Below, one piece after another: positions 39,620 to 51,812 of a DNA stretch of 64,000 nt (position 1 is the stretch's first letter; every line of letters begins with the position of its first letter). Origin of the DNA: Lama guanicoe (lineage: Eukaryota); assembly GCA_013239625.1 (NCBI GenBank), contig MU053482.1:3743922-3807921 (forward strand), read 5' to 3'. Both the position numbers and the translations under genes were made by a program. The notes under the pieces were generated by a model that was not told the DNA's origin, did no database searches, and saw only the letters and a list, made by a program, of their open reading frames with translations.

Positions 39620-41060
39620 GTTGTGCGCCCGGGGCCAGCTATCCCTCGGCCTCTCCTTGTCACAGGTGCGAGCTGCCCGCAGCCCGCGACAGCTGGGGGC
39701 TGGCTTCCTGTCGGAGTCCACCCTCGCCTACGGAACTCCTCTCGCGTCCCCGGGCGGTCGCCTCAGCTAACAACCACAGGAAAACGTCTCAGCACCCGAC
39801 ACTATCTTTCTCCTTCATCTCCATCAGTGATGGAGAGAACGGTCTCGGCTGCGGCTGGGCTGCGGAGCAGCGCCGCGGGTCCCAGCGGAGCCTGAGGCCG
39901 CCATTTTACAAAGATCAAGGCAGCGGCCATTTCAGAGCGCACCACTCAGCCGCCGCGGCGGCTCTGGTCCTCACCTTCACCGAGGCCTGAACAGGGTCAA
40001 GAGCCAGTCGTCGCGGACTGGAGGGGGGTAGGAGGGAGAAAGGAAGGGGGGAAATGAAAAACAAAACAGAGGAAAGAAGGATTCGGGGACAGGGTGATGC
40101 TCTCGGCTCAGGGATATCGCCTATGCCACCTCCATAGCCATCCGATTCGCGGCTGGCGCGGTCGCTTGTCTGAAGATAAATTTAGCACTCTGGGGCACCC
40201 GAACTTACCGTCTCCACGAGCGACTCCACCGCCGCCCAATCAGCGCCAGAGCTGCTTCCCGCCGCCAATCCGCGCTGAGCAGTGGGGCGGGACTAAAGGG
40301 AAGGACCAAGCTCGGTTGAGGCGCGGTCCAGCTATCAGCGCCGCGGCTCTGGATTCGTTGGCTCAGGGAGCCTGAGCGGATTCCCGACGTGAAGCGATTG
40401 TTTTCAAACTTTCTCCGGCCGGAAGCAGCCTGGGCTCTTGTTTACAATGAAGATACCTGAGTGCTGCAAGATCGCATTTGTGATTCCCTAGGGGTGGACT
40501 GGCTTCGAGAAATCTGCGTGCCCAGAAACACTGGGGCTCTGGCCCGGCGGCGTTGACTATATTCGGAGAGCCTCGGCTGCTGGTGTTTTCACGACCTCTT
40601 TGTTTCCCAAACCGCACCCCAGGCCCTGGTTGCGCAACCGCCTTCTCTTTTCCTTGTTTTCCCACTGGAATCGGGGCAGAAAACGCCCAATCCCTTCCAC
40701 GCCCCTCCTGGACGCTGGCGTGTCAGAAGCTCCTGGCGGGCCGAATTGGCAGCTGAGCCTGGCCTCGCGGGGACCGCTGCTCTTGCCAGAGTTCTTGGAT
40801 GAGCCCAGATGGGGTTCGGAGAGCCACCTGGACCCCACCTGGACTCACCCAAGAAGTACGTAGGGATAGCGGCGTCTCCGCAGTGTCAACAGTGTGCGCT
40901 TGCTGTGTCTTTGCACCTCACAGGTGGCCCCCTCCCCAGAGGAATGCCCAGCGCTCTGGAATTCTGTTTGCTAGGAGCAGCATTCGGGTGTTTTAAGCCT
41001 AATTCGTCTACGCCCCTCCCCTCTTTTTAAAAACAGCACAGCAAAAGGCCGCGGGCTGTG
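39620..41060. promoter_or_regulatory. CpG island / ZBED5 promoter: CCAAT 40236-40240 and 40265-40269, GC box 40284-40293, YY1-type sites 39897-39908 and 39923-39932, ETS CCGGAAG 40419-40425
   Basis: CpG density and motifs read from the sequence; collinear with the EIF4G2 promoter. Confidence 0.85.
39975..40170 (-). other. ZBED5: ZBED5 non-coding exon 1, paralog of EIF4G2 exon 1 (TSS approximate)
   Basis: Donor CTCGGTGAAG|gtgag identical over 15 nt to EIF4G2; ctATGGAGGTGGC also shared. Confidence 0.8.
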
Positions 41061-41994
41061 TATTTCATTTTGTGTGTGTGTGAGATCCGTCTTGGCAACC
41101 TGCAGTCTGTTTTTCCAAACTGGCATCTTAAAATACATACACTTCTTGAAGGTAATCTGTTAAAATACAGGTAGCATTAAACAGTGAGTCCCATTGTTTG
41201 CAGTATTTTAGCTTTTCGAGGCCCCACAGAAATAGCCGAATGAAAATTTGATGTTTTCAAGCGCTGCACCAATGACAGAAAATTCCCAACTTGCAGTGAA
41301 AAGCTAGGGCAGCCTTTGTTTTTCTTAAGTATGCTTCTTGGATATGTGAATAAATTACTTTGGCGTTGAAAGACATCTAACCCTTTATTTAACAGAATTT
41401 TCAGGAGAACTGAAATAGATAGTTTCCTAGGACTGACAGTAGATGCCGACATTTGGTCCTAAATGTTTTAAAGTCATTTCAGCATCTTCAAATCTTTGCC
41501 CTATGGCAGGCTATCCATATGTCGTCATTATTATTTTTAAATTATTCCAATTAAATCACTTTCATTTAAGCTTTAACCACAAGGGGGATAAATAATTTGT
41601 GGGAAGGGGTGCAATATCATTTGAAGAGCCAAGAATTTCATTTTGTAATTTCAGGAGTTGTCTGGCTTCATAATAATGTTGGACTAATATCCCGTCTTTT
41701 CACACGTTTTACATTTCAGAAAAGCCTTTTACATGTATGCTCCCAGTTTAATCTTCACACATCTGGTTTACATCGTCGTGAGTTGAGACAGTCCAAAACA
41801 TTAAGCTAATACATTCAATTGAAATCAAGTGTAGGATTTAATGTAGGTCCTAAAATCTGAAGAGTCTGATAATTAAGGGGCTTGAAACATAAGAAATTTT
41901 TCTGTGATTGCTTAGTCAATAATTGCAGAATGTTAGTTGCTGAGATAGATAAGAAAAAATATACATGTAGACAATGCAGACAGAACTCAGACCA

Positions 41995-42200
41995 ATAATG
42001 GTAACAGCTAGCATTTACTGAATACACAGTATCAGCTGGGACTTTTCTATCTACACATTTTTTAACGTATTAGCTCATTTACTCTTTACCACAATACTAT
42101 CAGATGACTATGCCTATTTTACAGATAAGGAAATAGAGCATAGATTGGTAAATAAATTACCCAAGTTCCCATAGCTAGTTGGTGGCAGAGCCAAGATTAG
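41995..42200 (-). mobile_element. MIR SINE
   Basis: cagctagcatttactga...ctcattta...attttacagataaggaaatagagc...cccaagttcccatagctagttggtggcagagcc. Confidence 0.8.
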
Positions 42201-42739
42201 GTGCAATGCTGGTTATGGGAACTACAAGCCATGTATGTCTGGGTGGAGTGTGCATGTGCTTATTTATATTAGGCAGGAAATGATTTCAAATAAGATTACA
42301 GTAGATATATTGGGTAAGCATTAGAGTTTCACTGTTAAAAAGGAACTCAATTGGTTACCTGAGGCTCAAGTAAAATCGTCACTGGAAGGAGTAACAAGAA
42401 TTTTGACTGATACAACAAATTTGCAGCCTTGGTTGCTCTAAGATGGTGAGTTAATTTGCATTGCAGTTGGGTTTGCCAGGAGCAGATGAGGAAACAGTGA
42501 GCTCTAGAGTCAGTATTGTTGGTCAGAGTGTCTCACCCCTGCTTTTTATACTCCTCCCTCCCTCACATCGCTCACATAGTACACCCCTACCCTGGGAAGG
42601 GCAGGACTGCAGTGGAGGTGGACTGAGCTGAGAGCTGGAGGCCACCGCTGAACACTCTACAGCCCCTCAGCAGGGCAGCAAGTCCTTTCTTGAAGAAGGA
42701 TCTGAGTGACACATCTCCATGCCTGCCCCAACATGTCAC

Positions 42740-43245
42740 CTTTAATGTAAAGAGACTGCATTTACCAGAAGTCCTTATGGCTTGGATTCATGATACCTAG
42801 TTTCTGTAAAATAGAGGTACCTTAGCAAGATATGAAAGTTAAACGTGAATATTCTGAGGTGGAGGCTGTATTTCTACTATTTCTGTTATTTCCATTGGCA
42901 CTTGTTGGTTTTTCAGGGACAGCATTAGCAGAGATCTCAGCCACTCAGTCCCTAAATTTCAAGGGTGATGAGAGACAGGGAGCCGGCCGTCCGTTTTGCT
43001 GACTCAAGCTTTGTCAAAGTCAGCAGCTATGGAGATGGCTTCCTTACTTCTTGGGTGTGGCAGAAGCATGGTGCCCATGTTGGGCCAGCTCTGTAATAGT
43101 GTTCTGGAAGTCCTGCCTGAAAATGCAGCCTCAGTTCTACTAGCCCTTTTAGTGATTTAATAAATCCCTAATTCTTCCTACTAAATCCTTTTCTGTTTAA
43201 ATTAGCTAGAGTGAAATCTGTCATTTAGAACTGAGTTCTAATGCA
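42740..43245 (+). mobile_element. Old ERVL-type LTR
   Basis: 3' end taaatccttttctgtttaaattagctagagtg...ctaatgca resembles the LTR end near 19340. Confidence 0.45.
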
Positions 43246-45339
43246 CCTTTCAAAAGTATCCTTTAAATATTTGTTAAACCATTATTTGATGGGGACAATG
43301 AGAAAATTTTCAATCAATTAAAACTGTAGACAATGTATTTTGCTTAAAAAATAGTTTCTACTGTCTCTTCACTTTTGTAATTTTTCTGAACCAGACACAT
43401 TCTTTGAAGACGTATCAAAAGGTTTGAAATTTGTATTTTAAAATCGATCACTGATTTCTGGCCAGCAGCACTATCCATGAATTATTGGGTTTCAGATTTA
43501 ATGTGCCTGGTGAATTTCATCTAATTGTGCCTGCATAAATGCAAGACACAAAAACATATGTCAGACTTAGCTAGACTTGGGGAGGGCCAGGAGGCATAGT
43601 GAGTACAGGTGCCGGAAGAAGACTGGTTTCAAATTGCACTTCACTGTCTGCTACTTGTGCAGTCTTGGGGAGATCTCAATTTCTGCATCTGAAAACAGGT
43701 TTAAAAATGATAACATACAATAATTGCTGGGTTAAAATGCGGTCATGTGTGTAAGGCACTTGGTATACAGCCTGGCATTGTAATAAGCATCCAATAAATG
43801 TCAAAGTAACACTATTACTTTTAGTTTCATCTTCCCTGTGCTGTATTTCAAGCGGGAGCAAATTTATCTTCCTCTACCTGTGTAAGATTTTGACTATGGA
43901 AGCCTTAACTATTTGTATAGTTACTAATTATTCCAGTGATATTTCAGTGCCTCTTTTAGAATTATGATCTGGGCAACTGCCCAACTGTCCACCTTTTAAT
44001 CCAGCTCTGGTTGTGTTTAAGGAAGGATCATGGGAGCAGCAGAAGGAGGGGGCCATTCCCTCAGAACAGGACTACGGCAGATATTGCAGAGGGAAACATC
44101 TCTAGCAGAATCCTCTTTAATTTATAAAAGCTTAAGTCACTTTGTCACTTTAAAGCATGACACACTTCACAAAGAAATGCCACATGATCCTTTTCTAGAC
44201 ACTGCAGTTGAGACCAGTTAGTCTAGAAAATACAAATTACTGGGACCCACACTGAGAGGCTTAAACGTGGCAAATCAGATGTTTTCTCACTTTGTGGATG
44301 GAGAGGGTAGGTAGTATGCTTGCATCAAGGACTCGGGTTTCATACATTAATAGTAATTTATCTGCAACTTCTTACTGTACAGAGCACCTTCACAATCTCT
44401 CTTATTTGAACTTTGAGACAACCCATTTACTTAAGCAGGGAGGTGTTCTTATTCCTACTTTACAAATGAGGAATCTGAGATTTAGAGGAGTTATGCATGG
44501 CCACACACACAGTTACGGCAGAGGCAGGGCTTGAATCAGTTTTCCCGATTCAGATCAGTGTCTTTCAGGCTTCTTTAGAAAGTTAGGCTAATGCACTTGT
44601 AGAGTATTCCTGCTAGGTTATTGATTTTAGGCTGAATAATGTGATCTGAACTGTCATTTGGAAAAGCACTATGTTCTTCTAGGGTTGTCCTCTTCCAGAA
44701 GGTGAAAACTAATCTTACTCTCTTCTTTTCTTTGGAAGGTTGATGTTAAACTTTTAAAAGCCATCCCTTTAAAAAGAATGCCAGACTTAGGCAATTTTTA
44801 AAGTCATAGTGAAGGTTTGCAAGTCATTTAAACACTCAATTACTTGGGGAGAGACTAAAATGCCAGGGGACGGGGTTATTTATGGTGCTGTGCCGTGAGC
44901 CAGTATATATATTTATTCGTATGAGAGTGGAATTCTGGCTCTGGATCATTTCCTGGCTTGTTTGAAAATCTGGGCAAGTCATTTATTATGTCTGTATTTT
45001 CGAATTATAGCCTTGCATCAAAGGTGTTCTCTGTGACTAAATGAACCTCTATTTATAAATCTTGTTTAAATTTCTCTGATGAAAGGCACATCAGTGTTGA
45101 TAGTTGTGAAGGGTAAGGGCACTGTTGATAATAACAATGGTGATATCAGTGTCTTGAATTTATGCAGTAGCACTGCTCAGAGAGGTGCTGGATGCTTGCA
45201 TTCTTAAAAAACCTGTAATTATAAACTTTTCACAAGAGATTGTTCTTATTATAATTTTTTAAGTGCAGAATTGAGCAAAAAGGAGATAGGTGTGATCTCA
45301 TTTTAACTCCTCCTCTCCTTCCCATTCCCCTTATTTACC

Positions 45340-47300
45340 ACTTTAGGAAAAAATAGCAGACAATCTTTGGGATCTAAGGCTAGGCAAAGAGTTCTTAGGC
45401 AACCCAAAGGTATAATCCATAAAAGGAAAACTTGTTATACTGGTCTTCAAAATTTAAGAATTTTGCTCTGCGAAACCCCATGTGAAATGGATGAAAAGAT
45501 GAGATACAGACTGGGAGAAAATATTTGCAAACCACTTATTTGTCAAAGGACTAGTGTGTAGAATATATAAGGAACTCTCAAAAGTCGATAATATTTTTCT
45601 AAAAAAAGACATATTACATTAATAAGAGTATAGAAAGGGCAACTAAACACATGCAAAAATGTTCAACATCACTGGCCACTAGGGAAATACAAATTAAAAC
45701 CACAATGAGACATTACAGTGCACCTATCAGAAGGGCTAACATATAAAATGAAGACCACACTAAATGTTAGTGAGGATGTAAAGAAACTAGATAACTCACA
45801 CATTGCTAGTGGAAATGTAAAATGGTACAGTTAAACTGGAAAACAGTCTAGCAGTTTCTTAAAAAACTAGATATGCAACTACCTTACACTGAATATGTGT
45901 GTGTGTGTGTGTGTGTATACACTAAATATATATATATATATATATATATAAAATGGACTACTACTCAGCCATAAAAAAGAATAAAATAATGCCATTTGCA
46001 GCAACATGGATGGACCTGGAGATTGTTATACCAGGTGAAGCAAGCCAGAAAGAGAAAGAAAAATACATATGTTATCACTTATATGTGGAATTTAAAAAAT
46101 GACAAAACTGAACTTATTTGCAAAACAGAAGCAGACTCATAGACATGGAAAACTTATGGTTACCAGTAGGGGTGGGGTGGGGAGGGATAAACTGGGAGTT
46201 TGAGATTCATAGATACTAAATATCGTATATAAAATAGATTAAAAAAACAAGGTCCCACTGTATAGCACAGGGAACTATATTCAATATCTTATAATAGCCT
46301 ATAATGAAAAATAATATGAAAAGGAATATATATATATAACCACATTACTATGCTATACACCAGAAATTAACACAACATTGTAAACCAACTATATCCTTCA
46401 ATAAAAATAAATAGATAAAAAAGAATGGCAGAATGTAGGTAATTGTTGAAGCTTGGAGATGAGTATATGGAGGTTCATAATTATTCTGTCTATTCTTTAT
46501 ATGTTTGAAACCTTCCATTAATAAAAGGAAAATAAAAGACACAAAGAGAACAGAGAGACAATAAACATGTCAACCAAATAAGTAAATAAATAAATAACTC
46601 TGCTCTTATCAATAAGAAGCAATTAGAAAATAGAACAAAAAATTCTATTTGTAATAGCAAACATAACCATGAATAGCAAACACTGTAAGAAATGTTAAGA
46701 TTTAGATAAATAAAACTATATAAATATACTGAAAATCCTAAAAGAAGACCTAAATAATGGGCCTAAATACTAAATGAAAAACACACAATGCTCCAGAATG
46801 AAAAAACTCAATATTATAAAAATGCCAACTTGCCTACACTTACTCTATAAATTAAGTTCAATCCCAGTCAAAATCCCAAGATTATTACTGAAAGAATCTG
46901 AAAAGTTTATATCTGATGCTATCTAATGCCAGGTAGATAGTGTCAGAATTGAGTTATTCTAATGTTATTATGGGAGAAAAAGATGCACAAGATAATAGCC
47001 CTGCAATTTGAGGTGAGTAACAACGGTGAGGGGGAACTTTCGATACCAGATAATCAGGATAGACTATACAGCTGTATAAATAGTAAAAATAAAATAACAC
47101 TGTTAATGTAGAAATAGGCAAACAGCTCTGTCTAGAAAGAAAATCAAGAATTACGAGTTTTGGTATATTTGAAAGACGGCATCTTCATTGGAGAATTGCT
47201 TATTTAGGTCTTCTGCCTATTTTTGGACTGGGTTTTTTTTTTTCTTAATTATTAAGTTGTACAAGCTGTTTATATATTCTGGAAATTAAGCCCACAGGTT
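45340..47300. mobile_element. Cluster of L1 fragments, including a younger L1 3' end at about 45950-46420 (+)
   Basis: gggagaaaatatttgcaaacc, caaattaaaaccacaatgag, tactcagccataaaaaagaataaaataatgccatttgcagcaacatggatggacctggag, tatagcacagggaactatattcaatatc. Confidence 0.85.
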
Positions 47301-47318
47301 GTCTTTTCGTTTTGCTTA

Positions 47319-47798
47319 CAGATGATTCCTGACTTAAGATGGTTAGACTTACGATTGTTTTGGCTTTAACATGAAGGGAAAGTAATATGCATTCAGTAAA
47401 AACCGCACTTCGAATTTTCAATTTTTTATCTTTTCCTGGGCTAGTGACATGTGGTGTGACTGTCTCATGATGCTGGAAGTGGCTGTGAGCCATAGCTTCC
47501 AGTCAGCTATGGGATCATAAGGATAAACAACCCAAACACTTACAACCATTCTGTGTTTCACTTTCAGTGTAGTATTCAATAATTCACACGAGATATGCAA
47601 CACTTCACCATAAAGCTGGATTTGTGTTAGATGATTTTGCTTAACTGTAGGCTAATGTAAGTGTTCTCAGCATGGTTAAGGTAGGCTAGACTAAGCTATG
47701 ATGTTAGGTGTATTAAATACATCTTCAACTTAATGATATTTTCAACTTATGATGGTTTTATTGGGATGTAACCCCCATCCTAAGTCAAGGAAGATCTG
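47319..47798. mobile_element. MER47-like Tigger (TcMar) element with TA TSD
   Basis: TA|cagatgattcctgacttaagatgg ... ccatcctaagtcaaggaagatctg|TA. Confidence 0.8.
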
Positions 47799-48680
47799 TA
47801 GTTGGTCTTTGCCCCCATTTCTGGCACAAAGCTCCTAACATCCTTGGAGTTTCCTAAGTGACAAACTCAAGAAAAATGTCTTGATATTTATAACATACCC
47901 CTTTCAACACCTGAGTTTATGTTAACGAGATGACTTTTGGAAAGCCCTTAGGAATGGGGGCTGGTTGCCAGGGGAAACAACAATGTGATCGGAGGGTTGA
48001 AAATTTCAGTCCCACCCCTGACCTCCAGGGAAGGGAGACAGGCTGGAGATAAAGCTCAATAACCAATGGCCAGTGATTAAATCAATCATGCCTATGTAAT
48101 GAAGCTTCCATAAAAACCTGAAAGGACTGGGGTTCAGAACTTTCCAGGTTGGTGAACACATCCACGTACTGGGAGGGTGATGCACCTCAATCCCACGGGG
48201 ACAGAAGCTCTTGAGCTTAGGACCCTCTCACACTTCACCCTTTGTATCTCTTCATCTGGCTGTTCATCTGTATCCTTTGTCATAGCTTTTAGTACATAAT
48301 AAACTGGTAAATGTTAAGTATTTCCTTGAGTTCTATGAGCTGTTCTAGCAAATAAGCAAATCCAAAGGGGAAGAGGTTATGGAAAACTATGATTTGTAGC
48401 CAAGTCAGACAGCAGTTGTAGGTAACCTGGGGACCTACTACTTGCAGTTGGCATCTGCTGTGGCAGGCAGTCTTGTGGGACTGAGCCATTAAGCGGTGGG
48501 ATCTGATGCTATCTAACGCCAGGTAATAGTGTCAGAATTGAGTTAAATTATAGGACACCCAGGTACTGTTGCCGAATTGCTTGGCATGGGATCCCCCCAC
48601 ACCTCCGGTGTCAGAAGTGTTGTGAATGTGGTAGTCGTGTGAGAGTGAAGGAGAAACACAGAATGGAGTTTTTCTTATTC
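47799..48680 (+). mobile_element. MER21-family LTR
   Basis: ggggctggttgccagggg, cccacccctgacctccagggaagggagacaggctggag, gggatctgatgctatc...gtcagaattgagttaaattataggacacccag. Confidence 0.75.
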
Positions 48681-49005
48681 AGTTGGTGTTACCTCCTTCT
48701 TACATTTCCAGAGAGGTCCCAGAAAAGCCTCCCTTCCCTTAAGTATTAAATACATTAGTGAAGAAGACAGAAGGATCTGTTTCAAGCTCTATGGTGTCTC
48801 CTCTGTAGCTCAAGAATGAGAGTGGAAGATAAGGCACTGAAATGGACACAATGCCACCTTTTGATCACCTTTTAATTATCTCCCTCTGTCTTTTATTCTC
48901 CCATAAACACACATGTAGTCTTCCTCTCTGGGAACACATATGTAGTCTTAATTTCCTGAAAGTGCTCAAGGAAGTGAGAAGTGTTTGCATTCCAGATCTC
49001 TAGTA

Positions 49006-49340
49006 TTTTTTTAAATTGAGGTACAGTCCGTTACAATGTGTCAATTTCTGGTGTACAGCATAATGTCCCAGTCCTGCATATGTATACCTATATTCGCTTT
49101 CATATACTTTCTCATCAAAGGTTATTACAATATATTGAATATAATTTCCTGTGCTATACAGAAGAAATCTGTTTTTTTAAATCTATTTTTATACATAGTG
49201 GTTAACATTTGCAAATCTCAGATTTCCAAATTTATCCCTTCCCACCCTGTCTCCCCTCTGGCAACCGTAAGATTGTTTACTATGTCTGTGAGTCTGTTTC
49301 TGTTTTGTAGATGAGTTCATTAGTGTCCTCCTTTTTTTCA
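49006..49340 (-). mobile_element. L1 3' end
   Basis: tttttttaaattgaggtacagtccgttacaatgtgtcaatttctggtgtacagc...tgtgagtctgtttctgttttgtag. Confidence 0.85.
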
Positions 49341-50421
49341 GATCTTTAATAGTTTTACCACTGACTGCTGTATAACTCTGGCCAGTCCCTGTAAGTAGGG
49401 GTGGGAATTTCAAAGCTAATAGCAGACCAGGGCCCAGGTGTTCTCAAACCTTCACTCTTAGTTACCAAAAATAAAAATTAGAAATGGGGCAATTACGTAG
49501 GAAACTAAGATGGTATGTTATCAGTTAGGGCTGTAGCCATTTTCCAGTTCTCCCAGGACTCATAACTCTGTCAGTGAGATGCTTTTTAAAATTTCAAATT
49601 AAGTCACCACAATTGAGATACAAAAAGCAGTTAATTGTATCACTCTCCAAAGAAACTACATTGGATGTTTTTGGAAAGTGAAGTCATTTCACTGATAATT
49701 TTAGTAGAATGAGCTCTGCATTCTCGGAATCATTGAAACATTATAGATTACCTGAAAAGCTTTACTCTATCACTATTTAGTAATAATTAATTTACTAGAC
49801 TGAGAATAACAAATCACTTCTTTAAAAAAAATTGTGATAGTCTGAAGGAGGGTATATCTGGTAGCAGATGCATATATATCCAAACATTAAAAAAAAATCT
49901 GATACTAACCTTTTCTTGGTTGTAAGTGCACAAAGCCTTGATTGATTAATAACCTTAGCTCTTGGCCTGACCTTGTAATTCCTAGAGGAAGAAAGTGCCT
50001 GCCACAGTGTACAAACTCACAGCATGTTTGCCTAAAGGTAAGGAGTCACCAACTGAAATCAGATGATTTTCCTTTCATTTCATTATAGTTTATTCGTTTG
50101 GTCCCCAGCAGCTCCATGTATAAACGGGTTGTATGGAAACCCTTTCATTTGCTTCCCCAAAGCTGCTCTCAAACTGTCACTTTTCCAGCATCTGCTGATG
50201 GATCTTAGGGTGCCCATGTCCCCTCAGGACTTTAAGCGTCATGAAAAGTATGAGGAAATCTATCCAAATGACAGATACAGTTAAGGGGCCTCACTGCTGT
50301 CATCCTCCTGTCCACTTTGGTTGCAGATGGGACACTGTCTGTGCTCACTTTCCCGCCACACCATCTTCTTTTTACCCCACAAGTTAGGAACCAAACATGG
50401 CAACCATGAGAGTGAATATAG

Positions 50422-51812
50422 CACTGATTCTCCCAAACTTCAGTGTCAAGATCACTTTACACTTTAAAAAATTATTGAGGACCCTGAAGAGCTTTTGTTT
50501 GTGACAGTTTTCTATTATTATTATTGATAGTTACTGTATTATATTAGAAATTAAAATTAGAGAAATTAAAAGATATTTATTTAAAAATAACAATAGTAAA
50601 CCTATCACAAGTTAATGTAAATAACATGTTTTATGAAAAATTACTTTTTCAAAGCCAAAAAAATTAGTGAGTAGCATTGTTTTTTACATTTTTTTTACAA
50701 ATTTCTTTAATAACTACTTAACAGAAGACAGCTGGATTCCTACACCTGCTTCTGCAGTCAGTCTCTTAAAATATATTGTTTTGGTTGAAGCCCATGAAGA
50801 AAATTCAGCATTACACAGATATATAACTGGAAAAGGGAGGAGTATTTTAGTAACTTTTTGAGACAAATGTGGATAATCTTCTTTGATACTACACTGAAAC
50901 TTGACCAGTGCAAGTTTCTTAAGGATGGTTCAAATGTGGACTCTGAAACCTTAGCAGTGAATGTTTTGTATTCTATTCCATTAAAATCAAGTGATCTATT
51001 TCCCACTTTGAACTTTTTAATTGCCCACGCATGATTTTGTAACATCATTCTTTGGTCATTTGTAAAATATTGGTTCACTGATTATGAAGATCTTTCAAAT
51101 GTTGATACATTTAATTATACAATAGAAAAATCATTCTCTCTATTTTTTTTTAACAACTGGTCTCATCAAAAAAATCTTAACGTTATATTAGGATGATGTC
51201 AAGCTTGTGGTGGTATATTCAGGTTTTCCAAAATTCTAATTTTCTCTTGAAAGCTAGAATGTTATCACTGGCAAGAACACTGTCAGCTGTTTTCCTTGCA
51301 GTGACAGGCTCACTTCACTCATTTTTGAGATGATGTTTGCCAGATAGCCAAGTCTGGATCACTACTGTTTGCCTATTATTCTTTCAAGAAATAATGAAGT
51401 TCCATGAAAAAAGCAGCTAAGTCAGCTTGCAACTCAGACAATTGTACAAGTGCTTTTTATAGAGAAAACCATCATGTTTTCATGTTCAATAGAAGTGAGT
51501 TATATATACTTCCCATTTTGTCACATGGAATATTAAAAAGACCCAAAGGTTGATATTGTAATAACATGAATCATTTTTACTGCTTCTTCAAGGGCATTCT
51601 TACGAGAAACTGACTCCCACCACCACCACTTCTGTCTCTGGTGATGCAGAATACAACGGATGCTGGTACCAGTTAGGTGCCTAAGGCATTAGCAGTGTCA
51701 CGATTACTTTTGTTCCATCAGGGCAAGTGTCAACACAGTGTAAAAGGCCAATAGCATCTCAGTCTTATGTTGAAAATAGCTTTTTCTCATGGGTCTCACA
51801 ATGAGAACTGCT
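50422..51812 (-). mobile_element. Charlie1a-like hAT DNA transposon with decayed transposase remnants
   Basis: tttacactttaaaaaattattgaggaccctgaagagcttttgttt at one end, tgagaactg at the other; minus-strand remnant ILLPFPVIYLCNAEFS at 50845. Confidence 0.85.

Noticed and set aside
39299..41030. ORFs across the ZBED5 CpG island
   Set aside because: Same CpG-island artefact; frames are not preserved relative to the paralogous EIF4G2 island
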